Below are positions 40,251 to 52,899 of a stretch of 64,000 nt of DNA, in pieces (position 1 is the first letter of the stretch; the number at the start of each line of letters is the position of its first letter). Below the pieces are notes generated by a model. That model worked only from the letters and a program-made list of their open reading frames with translations, was not told where the DNA came from and made no database searches. Position numbers and translations under genes: made by a program. Origin of the DNA: Octopus sinensis (lineage: Eukaryota); assembly GCF_006345805.1 (NCBI RefSeq), contig NC_042998.1:16802001-16866000 (forward strand), in the 5' to 3' direction.

Positions 40251-40370
40251 GTGTGTGTGTGTGCATATATACAGATATATATATATACATACATATGTGT
40301 GTATGTATATCAAAATCTATATATGCGTGTGCATGTGTATGTAAGTATATACGTTTTCAACTATAGAAAT

Positions 40371-40407
<37 letters not shown>

Positions 40408-40779
40408 GATTTCTTTCAATATTCGTCACTCAACGCGTACAGTTACTCTCGATTTTTCGATATTTCTTATACAATTGATTTACCATTATACATAATGCAT
40501 ACTTCCAACAATACTTTCTTTTGAAATATATTTTCTTATTAATCACATAATAGTAAATAGTTTATAAGGTTTTACATAATACAACTATTTCATTTGTATC
40601 GTTAATCAAATTGTTATCCTTCAAGATTCGCACCAATGAACACTCAGAAAGATATCCATATATGAATACATGCATGTAAGGCCCACTCATATATACATAC
40701 ACACACACATATATAAATATATATGTATAGATAGATACACTCATATATATGCATTTATATATACGTATATATATATATA

Positions 40780-40830
<51 letters not shown>

Positions 40831-40832
<2 letters not shown>

Positions 40833-41033
40833 CCTTGATCACTTTGACCGACCAGTCCGTCAGGCGTCCATTTGACAACGCTGGTTACAGCATGCTGTCC
40901 ACTCCTCTCTGGATCGCGCCTTTCTCATCCACGTGATCCCAATCGTCCCCCTGAAATCGTAATTCCACCGTCGTGGAGGTTTTCCGGGTGGTCTTTTCCG
41001 CTCACGCAGGTACCACTCGACAACTGCGTGCGT

Positions 41034-41040
<7 letters not shown>
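40831..41040 (-). mobile_element. 3' end of an RTE-clade LINE
   Basis: [47 protein letters not shown] is the typical RTE ORF C-terminus. Embedded in (TA)n. Confidence 0.85.
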
Positions 41041-41065
<25 letters not shown>

Positions 41066-41564
41066 TTGTAAAAAATGAAGTTCGAAAATGCTGCTGTATT
41101 ATACAATTTTTAATTTTTATATATATACATTATAACATGTTTCAGTTCCTGAAATGAACTTTCTCAAAAAATGTTATATATAAAAAAAGACAGCTCATGC
41201 CGTCAAACACAAGAAATTCATTTATAATACACAACGGAGTCAGACATCTTAGAGTTCATGTATAGTTGATATATAGTTCATGTATAGTTGATATATAGTT
41301 TGAAGTATATGTTCAAAGTGTTCGATGCAGTGGCCCACGGTGGCGATACGTATTCAATACAAAAAACAGATCAAAGTGGTGGAAAGCGGTCAATACAGAA
41401 GATTGATGTTTCCGAAAGAGCGAGGAATTCATTTTTACCTTAAGGAAATGTGATGACCCATGGTGGATGTTCGCTGGGTGGTTCTAATGAGTTTTTGTGA
41501 AGTGTTCGGTTTTATAATGCCTGTTAGGTGGTCAATTCAGCGTAGCGTGACGTCATCAACGTTT

Positions 41565-41790
41565 CGACCAATCGTTTCGTTAGGTGGCTTTAACGGGACG
41601 TCATCATTATTTTGACCAATCGCTGCATTATAACTTCCTCTTGTTTGTTTTCCTGTTTTGACCAGTCGCTTCGTTAGTCAAGTAGAACGGGACGTCATCA
41701 TTATTTTGACCAATCGCTGCATTATAACTACCTCTTGTTTATTTCCTGTCCTGACCAGTCGCTTCGTTAGTCAAGCAGAACGGGACGTCA
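41565..41790. repeat. ~95-bp tandem repeat (a little over 2 copies)
   Basis: aacgggacgtcatcattattttgaccaatcgctgcattataac is repeated. Confidence 0.85.
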
Positions 41791-41798
41791 TGCATATT

Positions 41799-41849
<51 letters not shown>

Positions 41850-41900
41850 AACTTAGATAACTTAGATCTAAGTTATATCTTATAGTTATGGTATATTTTA

Positions 41901-42138
41901 CATGCTGTTCAAAAAGTCCAGCTGCAGGGAAAGTCTTTCATCCTGCGCATCACCATGGCGCTAGTTCAAGAGTTTTTCGGTGAACGGATTAGTTTGAAGG
42001 GATTTTGGCCACCGATTGCACCAGATTTAACACTGCCACACTTTTTTGGGGGGCTGGGGAACAATTAAAGTCTGAGTGTACAAGAATCGCCCGAAAACCA
42101 TTTAATACTTACTGCTAAGAGACATTTTGAACACCCGA
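41901..42138 (+). mobile_element. Miniature Tc1/mariner deletion derivative
   Basis: VQEFFGERISLKGFWPP..PDLT..FF..VYKNRP resembles the WPPRSPDLTPLDFF motif. Imperfect TIRs tgttcaaaaagtc / gacattttgaaca with TA flanks. Confidence 0.7.
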
Positions 42139-42387
42139 TATTATATTATAATATAAATAAGTTGTTAAATTGTGAATTGTATTTCTCTATTTAATTCATG
42201 GTTTCCAATTTGTATTTGTACCCATATTTCTGTGGTATTCAACTGACGTACCAGCGAGTTGTATATCTTATACCCCTTCGTTTATTACATTACAATATAT
42301 ATACGTACATGCATGTGTATACATATACAAATATATTCATATATGCATATACATTTATATACGTACATATATACCTACATATATATA

Positions 42388-42529
<142 letters not shown>

Positions 42530-42671
42530 GCTATACATACATATATGAACATACATATAAGTGTGAGTGGAAGCAAAAATAAGCATATTAATATGAAACA
42601 AGGTTGGAAAACGTAGTACTCGAATATGCTATATTATTTTTAAAACTGGCAAAAATCTTTATGCAGTTTTG

Positions 42672-42764
<93 letters not shown>

Positions 42765-43029
42765 TGTGTGAGTGTCCTGTTCTAATTTTCTTACATTCTA
42801 TGTTTTTGTTCAGCGGAAGATTGCTCTATATTTTAAATTGATATAATGAAATGATTGCGTTCTTCAAGTAAATGGAGTTACATGAAGCGATCGCACTGCG
42901 TTACCTCTGCATATCCTTGTTGTTATTTTGATTTTAATCATCTTATTTGGAAATTGTATGGATAATACCGTACTAAATTCTGGTTCCTCAATTTAAGTAC
43001 CATACTCATCTAAATCTCTCTCACTCCCT

Positions 43030-43109
<80 letters not shown>

Positions 43110-43116
<7 letters not shown>

Positions 43117-43492
43117 AATAAAAGGCTTCCAAATAAGGAAGCGTAGTGCTAGAAATACAAAAAGGGATAAATTCATGAAAGGAATGAAAATTAAAAACAT
43201 TTACCATTACAGCTATATCCCAGACTGATCAGTTTCTACCTATTTCTAGCAAACAAACATAATATATTTGCCAAGGCAAAGTTCTTCAGTGGGGAACCTT
43301 CTTAATCCTAGATGCACAGACTGTTAAAAGCACGTAGATCTACACGTGTTTCTAACATATATTCCGTTTGTTTGCTAGAAATAGGTAGAAACTGATCAGT
43401 CTGGGATATAGCTGTAATGGTAAATATTTTTAATTTTCATTTAGTGTTTCTAGCACTACGCTTCCTTATTTGGAAGCCTTTTATTATATTTC
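43110..43492. repeat. Inverted pseudo-LTR pair at the 5' end of a Penelope-like element
   Basis: 43110-43258 is the reverse complement of 43366-43492, apart from one ~20-bp indel. Preceded by (TA)n and followed by a PLE ORF remnant. Confidence 0.85.
43218..43294 (-). ncRNA. Type I hammerhead-like motif with GUC triplet
   Basis: CCCA-CUGAAGA-ACUU-UGCCU-UGGCAAAUA..UGUUUGCUA..AGGUA-GAAAC-UGAUCA-GUC|UGGG. Perfect palindrome ACUGAUCAGU; the stem II junction is atypical. Confidence 0.65.
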
Positions 43493-43599
43493 TATATGAA
43501 TAATATATTGTCTAATGAATAATTCGTATTTTGTGCTAGGCCACTGGTTATAATAATTTATTTTATTACCCTATTTGATTATGTGTATATGTATATATG

Positions 43600-46191
43600 C
43601 ATATGAAACCGAACCTCAAAAACAGGACAATCAGAGAAACACAGTTCTATGTCCACCAACCCCTAACTACAGAAATATACCTACCGGTGAGGAGGGGAAG
43701 AGAGAACCTGAAAAGAGAAGTGCACAATTAATTCAGGACAGAAAACTATCATATCTTGCAATCCACAATTTGATGCACAGACTCCAGGGAGACTATATCC
43801 TACAATCAAATATATGGCAATAACTTTTGGCAAAACCAACAAAATGCTGAATATCTAAATATGCAGGAACCTTAAGTACCACATTTTAAGAAACACCAAG
43901 GATACAATAATTACAGATTATTTTAATCCTAAAACCATTTTTTAAGCATAGACCAGAAACACGAGGAAAGAAGCTACATTCCAAACAAGAGAAATAAAAA
44001 TGATCAATTTTTTACGACTAATATATTTATAAACAAATATACTTTGAAAGTGACTACATTTCACACGACCACCTCTAAAATCAAATAAATGAAAATTAAA
44101 TTAAATTGAATCGAAAATCATATTAAAGATAACGTTGCAGAAAACTGCAGAAAACTAAGATTAGCAGAACTGTTTTTGATGTAAGTGGTGAAGATGAAAA
44201 TATAAGTAAAAGCAAAACATATCTCTATGCTGGACGAGGACGAAATACAACTCTTGACTAATTTTGTGTGTATATTTGAAACTTCCCTATAATAGAACGG
44301 GAAACAACAAATCAAATCTCTTTCCAGTAGACAATAATTGACCCACGTAACAGATTTACAATTAGACAAAAAATAACAATAAAAGAAGCTGATAAAGAGG
44401 TTCGGTTGTTGTTATGGCTACAGATTACAACAAGAAATTAATATTGGCCATTCTATATGATAGTAGTGACAATGAAAATCACGTAAGTACAAAACTACGA
44501 AATCTATGAACTACTTAGCATCCTACTACATATATGCTAAAGAACTGGACTACCTTACAAACTTCAAATATAAAGCACACAAATTCTATGGACTACCTAA
44601 AATACATGAAAATGAATTAATAAATGAAAATATGTATGAGCAAACAACCAGTTTCGTGAATATCCCAGCACTATCAGATCTTCAGTTGAGCCTCATTGTA
44701 GAAACCCATCGTTTTAACCCCAACCCCGTAAGTATTATACTAGACAATCTGATAAAACCCCTCCTCAAACATATAAAGAGCATTCTACTATATAATTTGA
44801 ATATTCCCAACCTCGACCTAACACAATAAACGAAATCGCCTATATAGTCACATTATAGTCACCTTTGATGTTGTGAATCTACTTACCAGCATTCCTCGCA
44901 ATTAGGGAAATAAAGTTATAGAATATTGGTTAAGCGCATTTCTACATGTAATACCAGAACGCAGGGAGAGATAAATTATTGATGTTCCAGTTGTTATCAT
45001 AGCTAAAATTTACTATAAGTATTTGATATTGGATATGTTACGTGATAATGGCTAAAATTACTAGAAGAATTTAATCTTGCATATGGCACGTGAAAGTATT
45101 TACAATGAATTCATATTCAATAACACAGCTTATCTATAAAATTCAAAAACGGCCATGGCAAAACAGCCATGGTAAAAATGTTGCCCACACATATGCCAAC
45201 TCGTCATGGTATATCATGAAATAAAAATCTATGAAATATCCATCGTAATTTTTCGAGTAGTGTTCTGTTTTTAGAAAGAAAAAGAAAATTAGAAGAGGTT
45301 TCTAGATGGTTGTTTCATTTAATGGCGGTAAATTCCTAACTTATATGGTCCCATTCAATTCATCTTAGAAATCAGTAACGATAAACCGTCAGCCTTAGAC
45401 ATTCTAGTAATAAAAGAAATTTCTACTCGAAACCCTATTTTATTTATAACTACCGAATCATGACAATACCTCTTCTTCATCTCATGTAAACCAAACCACA
45501 CAAGAAGTAAGAACCAAATCAGTTTAACCAATTGCTTGAATAAGAAAACAAAGTAAAAATGGAGTGAAAAAATACCTATCTCAGGAAAATACCTAATTGA
45601 GCTGGGTGAGTTTGTATTTCAGGAAACAAAGCATATTAATATTCAAAACCTTCGAACAATGGGACACAAGAAAAATAAATATTATCCCAAATATTCCTAA
45701 GTTTAACTTAAGAAAAACCTATTTGTTTATCAACATAAATCGCAAACTATCAATTTTACTACAAGAAAAATTAGAAAAGTTGTTGAAGAGCATGCAATTT
45801 TGGAAAAGCAAGAGGCAGATAAATCCCTAAAGAGCAACGATATATTCTCAAAAATATGCTCCTAAGGTAAGTAAATGTAACAGCGCAAACTGTAGAGAAT
45901 GTAGCTACTAACTACTGCAATTCGGAAACCTAATCCATATTATAACGTGAAAGATGCCGAGACTACCACATCGGACAAATAGATATAGCAGTAACAAAAT
46001 GAATGACGGTACACTGACAACAAACCAATGAATCATTCACAAGATAAAATATCCCCCAATGAATATATAAATAAGTGTGATAGGTCTAATCCAAATATCT
46101 TGTATTTTCTTTCTACAAGTTCAGTGACGGAACAGCCAGGAAAGAAAAAAGAAATTTAACTTACTAACAGGTACAAACTAAAACTCAACTG
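43600..46191 (+). mobile_element. Decayed near-full-length Penelope-like element (RT plus GIY-YIG)
   Basis: In order: TIKEADK..VVVM; FYGLPKIH; ILDNLIKPLLKHIKS; VTFDVVNLLTSIP; TAM..HTYAN; KRFLDGCFI; LDILVIK; QYLFFISC; YHIGQ; ..KLN*. Many stops and frameshifts. Confidence 0.85.
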
Positions 46192-46422
46192 AGTATGGTT
46201 TATTTCCTCCCAGCAGTGTTTATGTACACAGAACGTTCCTCCGACTAGATAACACTCTTGCAAGTTCTCACTAAATAAAATTCAAGTTGTAGAGAATAGT
46301 TATAACTACTCCGAGAAGAAAGAAATATAGTTGTCAATATTGCTCATAATAATGCCTTAGTAGTTGTTGCAATCCAACGTCGGACTGCTATAACATCAAC
46401 TCCGGTATAGCAATATACTTAG

Positions 46423-46761
46423 GGTAAAGACCCCCTTCGGTCATGAATGACCATGGGATTGCACCTAGAAAGTTACCCTCCTAGACACAAGTCCGGGCAA
46501 GGTTGTTTATGGAAGACCAGCAGTCGCCCATGCATACCAGCCTCCCCTCTCCACGCCACCAGTGTTATCCAAGGGAAAGACAAAGGTCGATACAGCTTGG
46601 CACCAGTGACGTCGCAACTCATTTCTACAGCTGAGTGAACTGGAGCAACGTGAAATAAAGTGCCTTGCTCAAGAACACAACACGTAGCCCGGTCCGGGAT
46701 TCGAGCTCACAACCTCACGATCGTAAGCTCGACGCTCTAACCACTGAGCCATGCGCCTTCA
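46423..46761 (-). mobile_element. tRNA(Arg-like)-derived SINE, family D, with 12-bp TSD
   Basis: Head GGCGCATGGCTCAGTGGTTAGAGCGTCGAGCTTACGATC..GCTCGAATCCC. TSD CAATATACTTAG at 46411-46422 and 46762-46773. Confidence 0.9.
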
Positions 46762-47078
46762 CAATATACTTAGTTATACAATTAAGACATGAGTATCTGT
46801 GATCGATTTCGCGGACTTCTCAACCACTGTCCTTCCTACGTCACAATATTTTAGCGTCACTTGGGAGAGGTGTTGAATTGTTATTTTAATCCTCATCTCC
46901 CCTTTTAAGTTATTTTTTCTCAAGAAGTGTAATTTTATTTATTTTTCTTAATAATGTTTACATTACCCACACCTCACTTTTTAATTTCGTTTTCCATACA
47001 TTTACAAATTTGTTTTTTCATTTGGTATCCACTCCCAGGAACTCCAGAGGCTGTAGCAGAACAAACATAAGGAAGGTT

Positions 47079-47150
47079 CCACGCAGTGGGAGAGAACCCG
47101 GAACCACGTGGCTGTGAAGCAAGCTTCTTACCACACAGCCAGTCCTGTGT
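47079..47150 (-). mobile_element. SINE family A head fragment
   Basis: ccacgcagtgggagagaacccggaaccacgtggctg...cttaccacacagcca matches the family A head. Confidence 0.7.
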
Positions 47151-48205
47151 CCACATAAAATTTTCTACTTTCCTATCAGCATCTATGCATGATGTGTCGT
47201 TTCCGTGTGTGTTCCATTAAATAGCACTGCATATTTGATATAACGATGCGCATATAATGTTATATTAATGTTACACTAACAAATATAATTATTGCTAATT
47301 CCCTATGTCTTTAATGACAATCATTTAATTTCACTTTATCACATCATTCTATATTTGAATATACATAATTAGCAAGTATGTGCACTGCATCTATTCATAT
47401 CTCTCAACCCTTTTATAATACATAGCTGTCTTGGTTTACGTTATGATTGAAATCTGCTCAAGCGTGCGCCATGCATAACATGTTGCAGAATGGATGGTTT
47501 AACATTGCAATTGAATAGCCGTTTATAATATAGTCAAAATCTAAATTAGTATTTGATTTCATGATTTATATTCACTAGACCGTAACAACCAAGAATGTGA
47601 CGAACAGAAGACTTCCTTCACTTTTAATATATTTTCTAAAAAAAAGGAAATGGGAAAAAAAAGGCATGTATAGAAAATAATATAGATTTAGAATATATTT
47701 AATTCATGTCCCATTTCTTCAGCACTTGAATAAATTTGAATCACATTAAAAGCATAAATATCAAATTAAACACTTGTCCGGATGTTCCTTCATATATTTT
47801 GAATATAATTTGAAGTCAGCCTATTAAATAACATTTGAGTGTAAATTTCCATTCAAGTAGCTTTCTATAGAGTATCCATTGGGAACGGATTTCGATGGGT
47901 TTTATTAATGACGAAACATATTTTACATTTTTCAGTTGAGTTATGCAGGTAATTAGAAGTCATTAAAATATATCAAATATTCTCATTTACACTTCAGACA
48001 TGATATAAATTTTCCGTTCTTTTCATATTTCAATATTTTTTTCCTGAAAAAATTAGAAAGTTTTGTAATAATTTAGTTTTTAGTGGTTTGGTTTATGTGT
48101 ACGTGTGTTTACGTATGTATATGTGCGTGTATATGTGTGTATGTTTCCGTGCATGAATTCTTCTTTCCTATTGAATGCTTATATTTCTTTCAATTTTTTT
48201 TTTAG

Positions 48206-48282
48206 GAACAGCATATCACATTTAAGAATTCAATATATATCTATACTCCTATAACATGAAACGTCGAACCATGTGGGTTACA
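48206..48282 (+). CDS. Candidate exon containing a start codon (MKRRTMWVT from 48256)
   Basis: Strong acceptor atttctttcaatttttttttttag and donor ACA|GTAAGC. A possible 13-nt upstream micro-exon at 47936-47948 (ttttcag|...CAG|gtaatt). Confidence 0.28.
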
Positions 48283-48779
48283 GTAAGCATTCAGTTTTCC
48301 TCCTTTATATGTTGAGTTCAAATTTTGTTCAAAGAAACATGTTTTTTTTCCTCACCGTAAATTTTCTGTTAAATGGGAAATCATTACATTTTCTCTAATA
48401 AATCCGTATAGAAACGTATGCGTTTTAAGAAAGTAAGTTATATCTCAGAAACAAACAAAGACTTATACATAGTTTCTTAGTTTTGTATCATGGCAATATT
48501 TTGAAACGTTTTTGAATGCAAAATGCTGTCAAAATGCATATCCCTATAAAATGAATTCGGTTACAACAAGCCTTACTATTTTCCTTTTTTTTGAACCTGA
48601 TATCGATTCTGGATTAAGGTACATTTATATAACTTTTATGTAGCTCAACATCCAGTTAGTGCGGGTTTTTGGAGATGATACATTCTAAACAGCGTGAAAA
48701 GAGAAACTTAGAATACCTTGAGGTGATATCAATGAATTTAAAACACAAAACAAAATGTTCTAATACGAATCCAAACTTA

Positions 48780-49550
48780 TATGTAACCTAAGGTTTAATT
48801 TTGAAAGTAATATATCCCGCTGAACTAATGATGCATGACCCTAAATTTATTGAAGAGAAAGTGCGTAGTGTCTGAGAGTCTCTTAGAAAGTTTCTCAGGC
48901 AATTCATCGGAGATGTTCGACAAACCATGTGCAGTATATTCTCAAGCACATAGATGAGATGGTAAGATGAGCTCGAACATTTATAAAAGAAAATGTAAAC
49001 ACAATGGGGAAAAGATTGTGGTATAATATTTTGGTGATAGTTGTAACAGGAAGCTAATGGGGAGTTCATATAGGTGCTTTGATGCATGTACGATGTACTG
49101 AAGGTAAATGTTATAGAGAAAATGCATTAAATAATTGCAAGGTCGACATGTAAAGAGACAAAAAAGGCCCTGAATGAATCAATGATAGAAGTGTGACTCT
49201 AAGATCAGAAATTCCATAAACATAATAATTGAGTGACTACGAAACTGAAGATTGCAGTCTTGCAAGTCGTAGTGAAGAGCATAGAGTGTAATAAACATTT
49301 TCCTGATTAAAACAGTGAAATGATACTGTTATTTATGAGCCACCATGAGACTGAGGGGAAACAGTTTTGAGCTGATGTAATGGAAATCCAGAGATTCTCA
49401 GTTGTATAAAGCAACTGAGCAAGTCCTTCGGATGTCTTCAGTAGGTAATATTTCCAGGGAGACACATCATGTATGTAGATTTTATGGTTTATATCATGAA
49501 GTGAGTAGGGTGGTGTGAGAGGGAAATGGGAAATCAAAACGAAGAAAATA
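48780..49550 (-). mobile_element. Possible very old CR1/L2-type RT remnant
   Basis: Faint LLKT..LA.L..CFP..W and VDLA patterns in the order expected for RT. Confidence 0.25.
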
Positions 49551-51127
49551 ACATGAGTTAATGAGTTGATAATTTAGGAGTACAAGGAAACAGATTTTAT
49601 GGTCCTAGGAAAATTATTTCTAATCGGTTCGTACAAAGGTGGGTAAGTTAAAGTCAGAAATTTTCTTTAGTATTATGTTAATGACAGTTTCTTTTATTTT
49701 TATATTTATATTTATATATTTTAAGTAATCTTGATTTTGCATATAATTGCACCCTCCAAATAATCCACATAAGGTTAAAAATGTACCAACAAGGATGAAG
49801 GAACTCTCTATTTGTAAATCTTATACATACAAATAAAATTTAGATTCTGTAAAGTACAGGAGTGCTTCAGCACAATTTGGAAACGTTGGGAACTGACTAA
49901 TTTTTCAGAGATTCTTTGTTCCTTATATATAATTTCTCAACAATGAGTAAACTAATAACAATAAAAGTAAAAGAATAAATGCTTGCAATATAGGAATAAT
50001 GAGGGGAATGGAAACAGTTTCTCAATATATTCATAACTAGAAAGCAACATTTTTAATGAATTCACAACAACTTCATTCAATCTATGTAATTTTTGCCAAG
50101 CTTGTTTCCAAGTAATTCGCTTACTTTCATAGAAATTACTTCTTTGTTCGTATAGTGCAAAATACAAATGCTATTAATGCTATTCAGAAAAGTAGAAAAA
50201 AAAAACAGTAATAAAAATATGTATCATTCATTATTAAGTGGTGTAAATTATTCATAATGTGCTTGAATATCCGCTGGCTATATTTTAAAGAATAACATAA
50301 AAATTATGAGTGACATAACACATTTTAGTTTATGCTATGCATGATAAGATCAACACCACATGCATAGGCTTCATATTTTAATTCATATTTTATTTTAATA
50401 GTGAGACCAGAAAATTAGGACCAAACACCTTGATGCAATTGCCTTTATTGGTTAATTGCTCGTAAATGATTAATGAGTAGCTATTCCCGAATGCACACGT
50501 AAATACTCATATTCAGATAAATAGAAAATATTACATGCCCGCACACACATACCGAAGCAAGAAGCAAATGCCTGTAAAATTGGTAGAAAATGTGAAATTT
50601 AAAAAGAAAAGAGCTTTACATGTACAACCTAATCATTTCTCTAGGCTTGCCTGATAACATTACTCATTCTCGCCTGAATAGACATCAGGATCATAGATTT
50701 AATTTCGTGATTTTCCTGTGAATATAATTCATTACATTAACACATTTTAAAAAGGCTACCTTCATCCGTTAAATTAAGTATTGAAGTAGTTGTAGTAGTA
50801 TTAAATCTAAACTGATAGAATATTGGATCAGATCATTATAACCTTTAGATATTTGATATCGATCCCATAATTTGCATTTTCATATCTGGCTAATGCTATG
50901 ATTAATAAAGCGTTTAATTTTAACATAATTGTTGCAAAATTTAGTTATATTCGTATAACTTCTCGGTTCAAATCCCGTTGTTGTCAACTACGCATTCATA
51001 CATTAAGGTAGATCAAATTATTTATTCCGTCTAAATTGAAGGAATTAAGTATTTGTTAGAAAACATCAGCATAGTTGATGGCGACTATTATTATTACTGT
51101 TGTTGTAGTTGTTATTGTTGTTGCTGA

Positions 51128-51916
51128 TTTCTTCTTCTCCTTCTTCTTTTTCTTCCTCTTCTTCTTCTTCTTCTTCTTCTTCTTCTTCGTCTTCTTCTTC
51201 TTCTTCTTCGTCTTCTCATTCTTCTTCTTCTTCTCCTTCTTCGTCTACATCTTCGTCTTCTTCTTCTTCTTCTTCTTCTTCGTCTTCTTCTTCTTCTTCG
51301 TCTTCCTCTTCTTCTTCTTCTTCTACTTCGTCTTCTTCTTCTTCTTCGTCTTCTTCTTCTTCTTCTTCGTCTTCTTCTTCTTTGTCTTCTTCTTCTTCGT
51401 CTTCTTCTTCGTCTTGTTCTTCCTCTTCTTCTTCTTCTTCTTCTACTTCGTCTTTTTCTTCTTCTTCGTCTTCTTCTTCTTCGTCTTCTTCTTCTTCTTC
51501 TTCTTCTTCTACTTCGTCTTCTTCTTCTTCTTCTTCGTCTTCTTCTTCTTCTTCTTCGTCTTCTTCTTCTTCTTTTTTTCTTCTTCTTCTTCGTCTTCGT
51601 CTTCTTCTTCTTCTTCGTCGTCTTCTTCTTCTTCTTCTTCTTCTTCTTCTTCTTCTTCTTCTCCTCCTTCTTCGTCTACATCTTCGTCTTCTTCTTCTCC
51701 TTCGTCTACATCTTCGTCTTCTTCTTCTTCGTCTTCTTCTTCTTCTACTTATTCTTCTTCTTCGTCTTCTTCTTCTTCGTCTTCTTCTTCTTCTTCGTCT
51801 TCTTCTTCTTCTTCTTCTCCTTCGTCTACATCTTCGTCTTCTTCGTCTTCTTCTTCTTCTTCTTCTTCTTCTTCTTCTTTTTTTTCTTCTTCTTCTTCTT
51901 CTTTTTCTTCTTCTTC
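51128..51916. repeat. ~790-bp (TTC)n/(GAA)n tract with GTC/TAC variants
   Basis: Visible directly; it produces the spurious poly-F/S/L ORFs. Confidence 0.97.
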
Positions 51917-52194
51917 CAATGAGGATTCACGCCATTAGCCACACAGAATGATCTCTAATTCGACCCTACTCTAAGCTACTAAGAATGCGTCTGGCAACAT
52001 GAAGATCCACCCACCACACGCGATAGACTGGCGGTTGCACGGGCGCGAAAGCTACGTTGTTATCATCACTCCCTAAACGGTGGCTTTAAACGGGTGGAGG
52101 ACTGAACCATCCTCGGGTACAAAGAATTCTCAATCTAGACTAGGGTCTGAAAGTTTATCACACCATAGTGGGTTACATCATGGTTCCTTTGCTT

Positions 52195-52394
52195 GCAGGC
52201 AGAAGTAGAAAGAATGAGTGAGAGGAAGTTGTGGTGAAAGAGTACAGCATGGTTCACCACCCCTGTCCCGCCGGTGCTCGTGGAGCTTATGTGTTTATTT
52301 TCAATAAGTACTCAAAATGCCATGTCTGGGAATCGATACCGCGTTCTTACGACCGCGAGTCCGCTGCCCTAACCACTGGGCCATGGCACCTCCA
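52195..52394 (-). mobile_element. Diverged SINE family C head and body
   Basis: gaccgcgagtccgctgccctaaccactgggccatggcacctcc matches the 26.6-kb copy. Confidence 0.8.
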
Positions 52395-52899
52395 CTGCTG
52401 CTGTTGTTGTTGTTGTGCTGCTGCTGCTGCTGCTGCTACTGTTGTTGTTGCTACGACGATGATGAAGTTTGGATTTGACATTCTTCTGTGTGTACGAGCT
52501 GACTTAAATCTCTTCCAGGAACCTCAAGAGGCAGCAAGTTATAAGTTATAACAAAGTCGATTATTAACTCATGTGATTTGGGGTAGAATGTAGTTTATTT
52601 ATAGCAATCTGTGCTTATATACCTTGAGTACGTTTGAAGTATTGTTTTAGAAAATACGCATTTGATAGTATGGGCGGGGAACGATTGTTTGGAGTTGTGA
52701 TGACTGTGTATTTTGAAAGATATGAGTAGTCCCCATGAGTACTATTCTACAATTTTCGGCCATTTTTCAATCCCTTCGTATTTGAGAGAATAAATTACAA
52801 CATTGGGTATTATCGTTGAGAAACTGGACCGTGTGTATTATTCCACCCCCGAGTATCCACACTTTACCAATTTCTATTTCAAGATTTTTTAATTAGTTC

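Noticed and set aside
41565-41790. CRISPR-like periodicity here and at 54335-54580
   Set aside because: The intervening sequences are also repeated or degenerate rather than unique spacers, there are no cas genes, and the context is eukaryotic.
46690-46761. tRNA-like heads (also at 26.6, 34.2, 52.3 and 59.4 kb) as functional tRNA genes
   Set aside because: They continue into SINE bodies, some have TSDs, and they lack proper acceptor stems.
51075-51951. The two longest ORFs (287 and 280 aa; poly-F/S/L)
   Set aside because: They are translations of the (TTC)n tract, which has no stop codons.
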